Assembly: GCF_963921235.1 (NCBI RefSeq)
Contig: NC_086097.1
Coordinates: 109,804,001 to 109,868,000, forward strand
DNA from: Mobula hypostoma
Taxonomy: Eukaryota
DNA: 64,000 nt
Direction of reading: 5' to 3'
The notes under the pieces were generated by a model that saw only the letters and a list, made by a program, of their open reading frames with translations, was not told the origin of the DNA and did not search any database. This document shows, in pieces, positions 30,301-45,300 of this stretch (within the stretch, counting starts at the first letter, position 1; every line of letters starts with the position of its first letter). The position numbers and the translations under genes are program-made.

Positions 30301-33300
30301 ACACATTACATGTTCCCAATCTCTCTTCCTCCGTCACTAACCCTGGCAGGGCATTCCACACGTCCACTACACACTGTATCAAAACTCTGCTTCTGACATC
30401 AGCCCCCCAAACACCTTAAATGCTCCCAATCTCTCTGCCTCCCACCCTAACCCTTGCAGGATATTCCACACATCCACTACATCCTGCGTAAAAATTCTAC
30501 TTCTGACGTCAGCCCTCCAAACACCTTAAATGTTCCCAATCTCCCTGCCTCTGGTACTAATCCTGGCAGGGCATTCCACACGTCCACTACACGCTGTGTC
30601 AAAAATCTGATTCTGACATCAGCCCTCCAAACACCATAAATGTTCCCAATCTCTCTACGCCGTTGACTAACCCTGGCAGGGCGTTCCACAAACGCCCTAC
30701 ACCCTGTTCTCAAAATCTACTTCTGACATCAGCCCTCCAAACACCTTAAATGTTCCCAATCTCTCTACCTCTATCACTAACCATGGCAGGGCATTCCACA
30801 CACCCACTACAGCCTGTGTCCAAAATCTACTTCTGACATCAGCCCCCCAAACACCTTAAAAGTTTCCAATCTCTCTGCTTCTATCACTAACCGTGGCAGG
30901 GCATTCCACACCCCCACTGCACCCTGTGTCAAAAATCTACTTCTGACATCAGCCCTCCAAACACCTTAAATGTTCCCAATCTCTCTGCCTCTTTCACTAA
31001 CCCTGGCAGGGCATTCCACACGTCCACTACACCCTGTGTCAAAAATCTACTTCTGACATCAGCCCTCTAAACACTTTAAATGTTCCCAGTCTCTCTGCCT
31101 CTATCACTAACCCTGGCAGGGCGTTCCACACACCCACTACACCCGGTGTCCAAAATCTACTTCTGACATCAGCCCTCCAAACTCCTTAAATGTTCCCAAT
31201 CTCTCTGCCTCAATCACTAAACCTGGCAGGGCATTTCACACACCCACTACACCGTGTGTCAAAAATCTGCTTCACACATCAGCCCTCCAAACACCCTTAA
31301 TCTTCCCAATCTCTCTGCCTTTAGCACTAACCCTGGCAGGGCATTCCACACACCCACCACACCCTGCGTCAAATATCTACTTCTGCCATCAGCCCTCCAA
31401 ACACATTACATGTTCAAATCTCTCTTCCTCCATCACTAACCCTGGCAGGGCATTCCACACGTCCACTACACACTGTATCAAAAATCTGCTTCTGACATCA
31501 GCCCTCCAAACACCTTAAATGCTTCCAATCTATCTGCCTCCCTCCCTAACCCTAGCAGGGCATTCCACACGTCCACTACACCCTGCGTAAACAATCTACT
31601 TCTGACATCAGCCCTCCAAACACCTTAAATGTTCCCAATCTCCCTGCCTCTGGTACTAATCCTGGCAGGGCATTCCACACGTCCACTACACGCTGTGTCA
31701 AAAATCTCCTTCTGACATCAGCCCTCCAAATACCTTAAATGTTCCCAATCTCTCTACCTCTATCACTGACCCTGGCAGGGCATTCCACACGTCCGCTACA
31801 CCCTGTGTCAAAAATCTACTTCGGACATCAGCCCTCCAAACACCTTAAATCTTCCCAATCTCACTACCTCCTTCACTAACACTGCAGGGCATTCCACACA
31901 CCCACTACACCCTGCGTCAAATATCTACTTCTGTCATCAGCCCTCCAAACACCTTAGATTTTCCCAATCTCTCTTCCTCCATCACTAACCCTGGCAGGGC
32001 ATTCCACACGTCCACTACACACTGTATCAAAAATCTGCTTCTGACATCAGCCCTCCAAACACCTTAAATGCTTCCAATCTATCTGCCTCCCTCCCTAACC
32101 CTAGCAGGGCATTCCACACGTCCACTACACCCTGCGTAAAAATTCTACTTCTGACGTCAGCCCTCCAAACACCTTAAATGTTCCCAATCTCCCTGCCTCT
32201 ATCACTAACCCTGGCAGGGCATTCCACACGTCCACTACACCCTGTGTCAAAAATCTACTTCTGACATCAGCCCTCCAAACACCTTAAATGTTCCCAATCT
32301 CTCTACCTCTATCACTAACTCTGGCAGGGCATTCCACACGTCCACTACACCCTGTGTCAAAAATCTACTTCGGACATCAGCCCTCCAAACACCTTAAATG
32401 TTCCCAGTCTCTCTGCTTCTCTCACTAACCCTGGCAGGGCATTCCACACACCCACTGCACCCTGTGTTCAAAATCTACTTCTGACATCAGACTTCCAAAC
32501 ACCTGAAATGTTTCCAATCTCTCTGCCTCTATCACGAACCCTGGCAGGGCATTCCACACGTCCACGACACCCTGTGTCAAAATTCTGCTTCTCACATCAG
32601 ACTTCCAAACACCATAAGTCTTCCAAATCTCTCTACCTCTATCACAAACCCTGGCAGGGCATTCCACACGTCCACTACACCCTGTGTCAAAAATCTGCTT
32701 CTGACATCAGAATTCCAAACACCTTAAAGTTCCCAATCTCTCTGCCTCTGTCAATAACCCTGGGAGGGCATTCCACACGTCCACTACACGCTGTGTCAAA
32801 AATCTGCTTCTGACATCAGCCGTCCAAGCACCCTTAAATGTTCCCAATCACTCTGCCTCTAGCACTAACCCTGGCAGGGCGTTCCACACACCCACTACAA
32901 CCTGTGTCCAAAATCTACTTCTGACATCAGCCCCCCAAACACCTTAAATGTTCCCAATCTCTCTGCTTCTATCATTAACCGTGGTGTGGCACTCCACACG
33001 TCCACTGCACCCTGCGTAAACAATCTACTTCTGACATCAGTACTCCAAACTCCTTAAATGTTCCCAATATCTCTGCCTCTATCGTTAACCATGGCAGGGC
33101 ATTTCACACACCCATTAAACACTGTGTCAAAAATCTGCTTCTGACATCATCCCTCCAAACACCCTTAATCTTCCCAATCTCTCTGCCTCTGGCACTAACC
33201 CAGGCAGGGCGTTCCACACACCCACGACACCCTTTGTCAAAAATCTTCTTCTGACATCAGCCCTCCAAACACCTTAATTATTCCCAGTCTCTCTGCCTCT

Positions 33301-36300
33301 TTCACTAACCCTGGTAGGGCATTCCACACGTCCACTACACCCTGCGAACACAATCTACTTCTGACATCAGCCCTCCAAACACCTTAAATGCTCCCAATCA
33401 CTCTGCCTCTATCACTAACCCTTGCAGGGCGTTCCACACGTCCACTACACCCTGTGTCAAAAATCTACTTCTGACATCAGCCCTCCAAACACCTCAAATC
33501 TTCCCAATCTCTCTGCCTCTGGCACTAACTGTGGCAGGGCATTCCACACACCCACTACACCCGGTATCCAAAATCTAGTTCTGACATCAGCCCTCCAAAT
33601 ACCTTAAATGTTCCCAATCGCTCTGCCTCTGTCACGAACCCTGGCAGGGCATTCCACACACCCACCACACCCTGCGTCAAATATCTACTTCTGCCATCAG
33701 CCCTCCAAACACATTATATGTTCCCAATCTCTCTTCCTCCATCACTAACCCTGGCAGGGCATTCCACACATCCACTACACACTGTATCAAAAATCTGCTT
33801 CTGACATCAGCCCTCCAAACACCATAAATCTTCCAAATCTCTCTACCTCTATCACTAACACTGGCAGGGCATTCCACACGTCCACTACACCCTGTGTCAA
33901 AAATCTGCTTCTGACATCAGCCCTCCAAACACCATAAATCTTCCAAATCTCTCTACCTCTATCACTAACACTGGCAGGGCATTTCACACGTCCACTACAC
34001 CCTGCGTCAAATATCTACTTCTGCCATCAGACCTCCAAACACATTATATGTTCCCAATCTCTCTTCCTCCATCACTAACCCTGGCAGGGCATTCCACACA
34101 TCCACTACACACTGTATCAAAAATCTGCTTCTGACATCAGCCCCCCAAACACCTTAAATGTTCCCAATCTCTCTGCCTCCCACCCTAACCCTTGCAGGAT
34201 ATTCCACACATCCACTACACCCTGCGTAAAAATTCTACTTCTGACGTCAGCCCTCCAAACACCTTAAATGTTCCCAATCTCCCTGCCTCTGGTACTAATC
34301 CTGGCAGGGCATTCCACACGTCCACTACACGCTGTGTCAAAAATCTGCTTCTGACATCAGCACTCCAAACACCATAAATGTTCCCAATCTCTCTGCGCCG
34401 TTGACTAACCCTGGCAGGGCGTTCCACACACGCACTACACCCTGTTCTCAAAATCTACTTCTGACATCAGACTTCCAAACACTTGAAATGTTTCCAATCT
34501 CTCTGCCTCTATCACGAACCCTGGCAGGGCATTCCACACATCCACGACACACTGTGTCAAAATTCTGCTTCTCACATCAGACTTCCAAACACCATAAATC
34601 TTCCAAATCTCTCTACCTCTATCACAAACCCTGGCAGGGCATTCCACACGTCCACTACACCCTGTGTCAAAAATCTGCCTCTGACATCAGACCTGCAAAC
34701 ACCTTAAAAGTTCCCAATCTCTCTGCCTGTGTCAATAACCCTGGCAGGGCATTCCACACGTCCACTGCACCCTGTGTCAAAAATCAGCTTCAGTCATCAG
34801 CCCTGCAAACACCTTAAATCTTCCCAATCGCTCTGCCTCTATCACTAACCCTGGCAGGGCGTTCCACACACCCACTACACCCTGTGTCCAAAATCTACTT
34901 CTGACATCAGCCCTCCAAACACCTTAAATGTTCCCAATCTCTCTGCTTCTATCATTAACCGTGGTGTGGCACTCCACACGTCCACTGCACCCTGCGTAAA
35001 CAATCTACTTCTGACATCAGCCCTCCAAACTCCTTAATTGTTCCCAGTCTCTCTGCCTCTGTCACTAACCCCGGCAGGGCATTCCACACGTCCACTACAC
35101 CCTGTGTCAAAAATCTGCTTCTGACATCAGCCCTCCAAACACCTTAAATGTTCCCAATCTCTCTGCCTCTATCACTAACCCTGGCAGGGCATTCCACACA
35201 CCCACTACACACTGTGTCAAAAATCTGCTTCTGACATCAGCCCTCCAAGCACCCTTAATCTTCCCAATCTCTCTGCCTCTGTCACCCACCCCGGCAGGGC
35301 ATTCCACACGTCCACTACACCTTGCGTTAAAAATCTACTTCTGACATAAGTACTCCAAACTCCTTAAATGTTCCCAATATCTCTGCCTCTATCATTAACC
35401 ATGGCAGGACATTTCACACACCCATTAAACACTGTGTCAAAAATCTGCTTCTGACATCATCCCTCCAAACACCCTTAATCTTCCCAATCTCTCTGCCTCT
35501 GGCACTAACCCAGGCAGGGCGTTCCACACACCCACGACACCCTTTGTCAAAAATCTACTTCTGACATCAGCCCTCCAAACACCTTAATTATTCCCAATCT
35601 CTCTGCCTCTTTCACTAACCCTGGTAGGGCATTCCACACGTCCACTACACCCTGCGAACACAATCTACTTCTGACATCAGCCCTCCAAACTCCTTAATTC
35701 TTCCCAGTCTCTCTGTCTCTGTCACTAACCCCGGCAGGGCATTCCACACGTCCACTACACCGTGTCAAAAATCTGCTTCTAACATCAGCCCTGCAAACAC
35801 CTTAAATCTTCCCAATCTCACTACCTCTATCACTAACACTGGCAGGGCATTCCACACACCCACCACACCCTGCGTCAAATATCTACTTCTGCCATCAGCC
35901 CTCCAAACACATTACATGTTCCCAATCTCTCTTCCTCCGTCACTAACCCTGGCAGGGCATTCCACACGTCCACTACACACTGTATCAAAACTCTGCTTCT
36001 GACATCAGCCCCCCAAACACCTTAAATGCTCCCAATCTCTCTGCCTCCCACCCTAACCCTTGCAGGATATTCCACACATCCACTACATCCTGCGTAAAAA
36101 TTCTACTTCTGACGTCAGCCCTCCAAACACCTTAAATGTTCCCAATCTCCCTGCCTCTGGTACTAATCCTGGCAGGGCATTCCACACGTCCACTACACGC
36201 TGTGTCAAAAATCTGCTTCTGACATCAGCCCTCCAAACACCATAAATGTTCCCAATCTCTCTACGCCGTTGACTAACCCTGGCAGGGCGTTCCACAAACG

Positions 36301-39300
36301 CCCTACACCCTGTTCTCAAAATCTACTTCTGACATCAGCCCTCCAAACACCTTAAATGTTCCCAATCTCTCTACCTCTATCACTAACCATGGCAGGGCAT
36401 TCCACACACCCACTACACCCTGTGTCCAAAATCTACTTCTGACATCAGCCCCCCAAACACCTTAAAAGTTTCCAATCTCTCTGCTTCTATCACTAACCGT
36501 GGCAGGGCATTCCACACCCCCACTGCACCCTGTGTCAAAAATCTACTTCTGACATCAGCCCTCCAAACACCTTAAATGTTCCCAATCTCTTTACTTCTCT
36601 CACTAACCCTGGTAGAGCATTCCACACGTCCACTGCACCCTGCGTAAACAATCTACTTCTGACATAAGCACTGCAAACTCCTTAATTGTTCCCAGTCTCT
36701 CTGCCTTTGTCACTAACCCCGGCAGGGCATTCCACACGTCCACTACACTGTGTCAAAAATCTGCTTCTGACATCAGTGCTCTGAACACCTTAAATCTTCC
36801 CAATCTCACTACCTCCTTCACTAACACTGCAGGGCATTCCACACACCCACTACACCCTGCGTCAAATATCTACTTCTGTCATCAGCCCTCCAAACACCTT
36901 AGATTTTCCCAATCTCTCTTCCTCCATCACTAACCCTGGCAGGGCATTCCACACGTCCACTACACACTGTATCAAAAATCTGCTTCTGACATCAGCCCTC
37001 CAAACACCTTAAATGCTTCCAATCTATCTGCCTCCCTCCCTAACCCTAGCAGGGCATTCCACACGTCCACTACACCCTGCGTAAAAATTCTACTTCTGAC
37101 GTCAGCCCTCCAAACACCTTAAATGTTCCCAATCTCCCTGCCTCTGGTACTAATCCTGGCAGGGCATTCCACACGTCCACTACACCCTGTGTCAAAAATC
37201 TACTTCGGACATCAGCCCTCCAAACACCTTAAATGTTCCCAATCTCTCTACCTCTATCACTGACCCTGGCAGGGCATTCCACACGTCCACTACACCCTGT
37301 GTCAAAAATCTACTTCTGACATCAGACATCCAAACACCTTAAATGTTCCCAGTCTCTCTGCTTCTCTCACTAACCCTGGCAGGGCATTCCACACACCCAC
37401 TGCACCCTGTGTTCAAAATCTACTTCTGACATCAGACTTCCAAACACCTGAAATGTTTCCAATCTCTCTGCCTCTATCACGAACCCTGGCAGGGCATTCC
37501 ACACGTCCACGACACCCTGTGTCAAAATTCTGCTTCTCACATCAGACTTCCAAACACCATAAATCTTCCAAATCTCTCTACCTCTATCACAAACCCTGGC
37601 AGGGCATTCCACACGTCCACTACACCCTGTGTCAAAAATCTGCTTCTGACATCAGAATTCCAAACACCTTAAAGTTCCCAATCTCTCTGCCTCTGTCAAT
37701 AACCCTGGGAGGGCATTCCACACGTCCACTACACGCTGTGTCAAAAATCTGCTTCTGACATCAGCCGTCCAAGCACCCTTAAATGTTCCCAATCACTCTG
37801 CCTCTAGCACTAACCCTGGCAGGGCGTTCCACACACCCACTACACCCGGTATCCAAAATCTACTTCTGACATCAGCCCCCCAAACACCTTAATTGTTCCC
37901 ACTCTCTCTGCTTCTATCATTAACCGTGGTGTGGCACTCCACACGTCCACTGCACCCTGCGTAAACAATCTACTTCTGACATCAGTACTCCAAACTCCTT
38001 AAATGTTCCCAATATCTCTGCCTCTATCGTTAACCATGGCAGGGCATTTCACACACCCATTAAACACTGTGTCAAAAATCTGCTTCTGACATCATCCCTC
38101 CAAACACCCTTAATCTTCCCAATCTCTCTGCCTCTGGCACTAACCCAGGCAGGGCGTTCCACACACCCACGACACCCTTTGTCAAAAATCTTCTTCTGAC
38201 ATCAGCCCTCCAAACACCTTAATTATTCCCAGTCTCTCTGCCTCTTTCACTAACCCTGGTAGGGCATTCCACACGTCCACTACACCCTGCGAACACAATC
38301 TACTTCTGACATCAGCCCTCCAAACACCTTAAATCTTCCCAATCTCTCTGCCTCTATCACTAACCCTGGCAGGGCATTCCACACGTCCACTACACCCTGT
38401 GTCAAAAATCTACTTCTGACATCAGCCCTCCAAACACCTTAAATCTTCCCAATCTCTCTGCCTCTATCACTAACCCTGGCAGGGCATTCCACACACCCAC
38501 TACACCCTGCGTCCAAAATCTACTTCTGACATCAGCCCTCCAAACACCTTAAATATTCCCAATCTCTCTGCCTGTGTCAATAACCCTGGCAGGGCATTCC
38601 ACACGTCCACTGCACCCTGTGTCAAAAATCTGCTTCAGACATCAGCCCTCCAAACACCTTAAATGTTCCCAATCCCTCTGCCTCTATCACTAACCCTGGC
38701 AGGGATTTCCACAAGTCCACTACACCCTGTGTCAAAAATCTGCTTCCGACATCAGCCCTCCAAACACCTTAAATGTTCCCAATCTCTCTGCCTCTATCAC
38801 TAACCCTGGCAGGGCATTCCACACACCCACCACACCCTGCGTCAAATATCTACTTCTGCCATCAGCCCTCCAAACACATTATATGTTCCCAATCTCTCTT
38901 CCTCCATCACTAACCCTGGCAGGGCATTCCACACGTCCACTACAGACTGTATCAAAAATCTGCTTCTGACATCAGCCCTCCAAACACCTTAAATCTTCCC
39001 AATCTCTCTGCCTCTATCACTAACCCTGGCAGGGCATTCCACACGTCCACTACACCCTGTGTCAAAAATCTGCTTCTGACATCAGCCCTCCAAACACCAT
39101 AAATCTTCCAAATCTCTCTACCTCTATCACTAACACTGGCAGGGCATTTCACACCCACTACACCCTGCGTCAAATATCTACTTCTGCCATCAGCCCTCCA
39201 AACACATTATATGTTCCCAATCTCTCTTCCTCCATCACTAACCCTGGCAGGGCATTCCACACATCCACTACACACTGTATCAAAAATCTGCTTCTGACAT

Positions 39301-42300
39301 CAGCCCCCCAAACACCTTAAATGTTCCCAATCTCTCTGCCTCCCACCCTAACCCTTGCAGGATATTCCACACATCCACTACACCCTGCGTAAAAATTCTA
39401 CTTCTGACGTCAGCCCTCCAAACACCTTAAATGTTCCCAATCTCCCTGCCTCTGGTACTAATCCTGGCAGGGCATTCCACACGTCCACTACACGCTGTGT
39501 CAAAAATCTGCTTCTGACATCAGCCCTCCAAACACCATAAATGTTCCCAATCTCTCTGTGCCGTTGACTAACCCTGGCAGGGCGTTCCACACACGCACTA
39601 CACCCTGTTCTCAAAATCTACTTCTGACATCAGCCCTCCAAACACCTTAAATCTTCCCAATCTCTCTGCCTCTATCACTAACCCTGGCAGGGCGTTCCAC
39701 ACACCCACTACACCCTGTGTCAAAAATCTACTTCTGACATCAGCCCTCCAAACACCTTAAATGTTCCCAATCTCTCTGCCTCTATCACTAACCCTGGCAG
39801 GGCATTCCACACGTCCACTACACCCTGTGTCAAAAATCTGCTTCTGACATCAGCCCTCAAAACACCTTAAATGTTCCCAATCTCTCTGCCTCTATCACTA
39901 ACTCTGGCAGGGCATTCCACACGTCCACTACACCCTGTGTCAAAAATCTACTTCTGACATCAGCCCTCCAAACACCTTAAATGTTCCCAATCTCTCTACC
40001 TCTATCACAAACCCTGGCAGGGCATTCCACACACCCACTACACCCTGTGTCAAAAATCTGCTTCTGACATCAGCCCTCCAAACACCCTTAAATCTTCCCA
40101 ATCTCTCTGCCTCTGTCACCCACCCCGGCAGGGCATTCCACACGTCCACTACACCTTGCGTTAAAAATCTACTTCTGACATCAGTACTCCAAACTCCTTA
40201 AATGTTCCCAATGTCTCTGCCTCTATCATTAACCATGGCAGGACATTTCCACACACCCATTAAACACTGTGTCAAAAATCTGCTTCTGACATCATCCCTC
40301 CAAACACCCTTAATCTTCCCAATCTCTCTGCCTCTGGCACTAACCCAGGCAGGGCGTTCCACACACCCACGACACCCTTTGTCAAAAATCTATATCTGAC
40401 ATCAGCCCTCCAAACACCTTAATTGCTTCCCAATCTCTCTGCCTCTATCACTAACCCTGGCAGGGCATTCCACACGTCCACTACACCCTGTGTAAAAAGT
40501 CTACTTCTGACATCAGCCCTCCAAACACCTTAAATGTTCCCAATCTCCCTGCCTCTATCACTAAATCTGGCAGGGCATTCCACACGTCCACTACACCCTG
40601 TGTCAAAAATGTACTTCTGACATCAGCCCTCCGAACACCTTAAATGTTCCCACTCTCTCTGCCTCTATCACTGAATCTGGCAGGGCATTCCACACGTCCA
40701 CTACACCCTGTGTCAAAAATCTACTTCTGACATCAGCCCTCCAAACACCTGAAATGTTCCCACTCTCTCTGCCTCTATCACTAATCCTTGCAGGGCATTC
40801 CACACACCCACTGCACCCTGAGCCAAAATTTTACTTCTGACATCAGACTTCCAAACACCTAAATGTTTCCAATCTCTCTGCCTCTATCACGAACCCTGGC
40901 AGGGCATTCCACACGTCCACGACACCCTGTGTCAAAATTCTGCTTCTCACATCAGACTTCCAAACACCATAAATCTTCCAAATCTCTCTACCTCTATCAC
41001 AAACCCTGGCAGGGCATTCCACACGCCCACTACACACTTTCTCAAAAATCTGCTTCTGACATCTGCCCTCCAAACACCTTAAATATTCCCAATCTCTCTG
41101 CCTCTGTCAATAACCCTGGCAGGGCATTCCACACGTCCACTGCACCCTGTGTCAAAAATCAGCTTCAGTCATCAGCCCTCCAAACACCTTAAATCTTCCC
41201 AATCGCTCTGCCTCTATCACTAACCCTGGCAGGGCGTTCCACACACCCACTACACCCTGTGTCCAAAATCTACTTCTGACATCAGCCCTCCAAACACCTT
41301 AAATGTTCCCAATCTCTCTGCCTCTATCACTAACCCTGGCAGGGCATTCCACACGTCCACTACACCCTGTGTCAAAAATCTACTTCTGACATCAGCCCTC
41401 CAAACACCTTAAATGTTCCCAATCTCTCTGCCTCTATCACAAACCCTTGGCAGGGCATTCCACACATCTACTACACCAGGTGTCAAAAATCTACTTCTGA
41501 CATCAGCCCTCCAAACACCTTAAATCTTCCCAATCTCTCTGCCTCTATCACTAACCCTGGCAGGGCATTCCACACACCCACTACACCCTGCGTCCAAAAT
41601 CTACTTCTGACATCAGCCCTCCAAACACCTTAAATGTTCCCAATCTCTCTGCCTCTGTCACAAACCCTGGCAGGGCATTCCACATGTCCACTACACCCTG
41701 TGTCAAAAATCTACTTCTGACATCAGCCCTCCAAACACCTTAAATGTTCCCAATCTCTCTGCCTATATCACTAACCCTGGCAGGGCATTTCACACGTCCA
41801 CTACACCCTGTGTCAAAAATCTGCTTCTGACATCAGCCCTCCAAACACCTTAAATGTTCCCAATCTCTCTGCCTCTATCACTAACCCTGGCAGGGCATTC
41901 CACACACCCACCACACCCTGCGTCAAATATCTACTTCTGCCATCAGCCCTCCAAACACATTATATGTTCCCAATCTCTCTTCCTCCATCACTAACCCTGG
42001 CAGGGCATTCCACACATCCACTACACACTGTATCAAAAATCTGCTTCTGACATCAGCCCTCCAAACACCATAAATCTTCCAAATCTCTCTACCTCTATCA
42101 CTAACACTGGCAGGGCATTTCCACACGTCCACTACACCCTGTGTCAAAAATCTGCTTCTGACATCAGCCCTCCAAACACCATAAATCTTCCAAATCTCTC
42201 TACCTCTATCACTAACACTGGCAGGGCATTTCACACGTCCACTACACCCTGCGTCAAATATCTACTTCTGCCATCAGACCTCCAAACACATTATATGTTC

Positions 42301-45300
42301 CCAATCTCTCTTCCTCCATCACTAACCCTGGCAGGGCATTCCACACATCCACTACACACTGTATCAAAAATCTGCTTCTGACATCAGCCCCCCAAACACC
42401 TTAAATGTTCCCAATCTCTCTGCCTCCCACCCTAACCCTTGCAGGATATTCCACACATCCACTACACCCTGCGTAAAAATTCTACTTCTGACGTCAGCCC
42501 TCCAAACACCTTAAATGTTCCCAATCTCCCTGCCTCTGGTACTAATCCTGGAAGGGTATTCCACACGTCCACTACACGCTGTGTCAAAAATCTGCTTCTG
42601 ACATCAGCACTCCAAACACCATAAATGTTCCCAATCTCTCTGTGCCGTTGACTAACCCTGGCAGGGCGTTCCACACACGCACTACACCCTGTTCTCAAAA
42701 TCTACTTCTGACATCAGACTTCCAAACACTTGAAATGTTTCCAATCTCTCTGCCTCTATCACGAACCCTGGCAGGGCATTCCACACATCCACGACACCCT
42801 GTGTCAAAATTCTGCTTCTCACATCAGACTTCCAAACACCTTAAATCTTCCAAATCTCTCTACCTCTATCACAAACCCTGGCAGGGCATTCCACACGTCC
42901 ACTACACCCTGTGTCAAAAATCTGCTTCTGACATCAGCCCTCCAAACACCTTAAATGTTCCCAATCTCTCTGCCTCTATCACTAACCCTGGCAGGGCATT
43001 CCACACGTCCACTACACCCTGTGTCAAATATCTACTTCTGACATCAGCCCTCCAAACACCTTAGATGTTCCCAATCTCTCTGCCTCTATCACTAACCCTG
43101 GCAGGGCAGTCCACACACCCACTACACACTGTGTCAAAAATCTGCTTCTGACATCAGCCCTCCAAGCACCCTTAATCTTCCCAATCTCTCTGCCTCTGTC
43201 ACCCACCCCGGCAGGGCATTCCACACGTCCACTACACCTTGCGTTAAAAATCTACTTCTGACATCAGTACTCCAAACTCCTTAAATGTTCCCAATGTCTC
43301 TGCCTCTATCATTAACCATGGCAGGACATTTCACACACCCATTAAACACTGTGTCAAAAATCTGCTTCTGACATCATCCCTCCAAACACCCTTAATCTTC
43401 CCAATCTCTCTGCCTCTGGCACTAACCCAGGCAGGGCGTTCCACACACCCACGACACCCTTTGTCAAAAATCTATATCTGACATCAGCCCTCCAAACACC
43501 TTAATTATTCCCAATCTCTCTGCCTCTATCACTAACCCTGGCAGGGCATTCCACACGTCCAGTACATCCTGCGTAGAAAATCTACTTCTGATATCTGCCC
43601 TCCAAACACCTTAAATGTTCCCAATCTCTCTGCCTCTATCACTAATCCTGGCAGGGCATTCCACACGTCCACTACACCCTGTGTCAAAAATCTACTTCTG
43701 ACATCAGCCCTCCAAACACCTTAAATGTTCCCAATCTCTCTACCTCTATCACTGACCCTGGCAGGGCATTCCACACGTCCACTACACCCTGTGTCAAAAA
43801 TCTACTTCGGACATCAGCCCTCCAAACACCTTAAATGTTCCCAGTCTCTCTGCTTCTCTCACTAACCCTGGCAGGGCATTCCACACACCCACTGCACCCT
43901 GTGTTCAAAATCTACTTCTGACATCAGACTTCCAAACACCTAAATGTTTCCAATCTCTCTGCCTCTATCACGAACCCTGGCAGGGCATTCCACACGTCCA
44001 CGACACCCTGTGTCAAAATTCTGCTTCTCACATCAGACTTCCAAACACCATAAATCTTCCAAATCTCTCTACCTCTATCACAAACCCTGGCAGGGCATTC
44101 CACACGTCCACTACACCCTGTGTCAAAAATCTGCTTCTGACATCAGAATTCCAAACACCTTAAAGTTCCCAATCTCTCTGCCTCTGTCAATAACCCTGGG
44201 AGGGCATTCCACACGTCCACTACACGCTGTGTCAAAAATCTGCTTCTGACATCAGCCGTCCAAGCACCCTTAAATGTTCCCAATCACTCTGCCTCTAGCA
44301 CTAACCCTGGCAGGGCGTTCCACACACCCACTACAACCTGTGTCCAAAATCTACTTCTGACATCAGCCCCCCAAACACCTTAAATGTTCCCAATCTCTCT
44401 GCTTCTATCATTAACCGTGGTGTGGCACTCCACACGTCCACTGCACCCTGCGTAAACAATCTACTTCTGACATCAGTACTCCAAACTCCTTAAATGTTCC
44501 CAATATCTCTGCCTCTATCGTTAACCATGGCAGGGCATTTCACACACCCATTAAACACTGTGTCAAAAATCTGCTTCTGACATCATCCCTCCAAACACCC
44601 TTAATCTTCCCAATCTCTCTGCCTCTGGCACTAACCCAGGCAGGGCGTTCCACACACCCACGACACCCTTTGTCAAAAATCTTCTTCTGACATCAGCCCT
44701 CCAAACACCTTAATTATTCCCAATCTCTCTGCCTCTTTCACTAACCCTGGTAGGTCATTCCACACGTCCACTACACCCTGCGAAAACAATCTACTTCTGA
44801 CATCAGCCCTCCAAACACCTTAAATGTTCCCACTCTCTCTGCCTCTATCACTAACCCTGGCAGGGCATTCCACACGTCCACTACACCCTGTGTCAAAAAT
44901 CTACTTCTGACATCAGCCCTCCAAACACCTTAAATCTTCCCAATCTCTCTGCCTCTGGCACTAACTGTGGCAGGGCATTCCACACACCCACTACACCCGG
45001 TATCCAAAATCTAGTTCTGACATCAGCCCTCCAAATACCTTAAATGTTCCCAATCGCTCTGCCTCTGTCACGAACCCTGGCAGGGCATTCCACATGTCCA
45101 CTACACACTGTGTCAAAAATCTGCTTCTGACATCAGCCCTCCAAACACCTTAAATCTTCCCAATCTCTCTGCCTCTATCACTAACCCTGGCAGGGCATTC
45201 CACACGTCCACTACACCCTGTGTCAAAAATCTGCTTCTGACATCAGCCCTCCAAAGACCTTAAATGTTGACAATCTCTCTACCTCTATCACTAACCCTGG

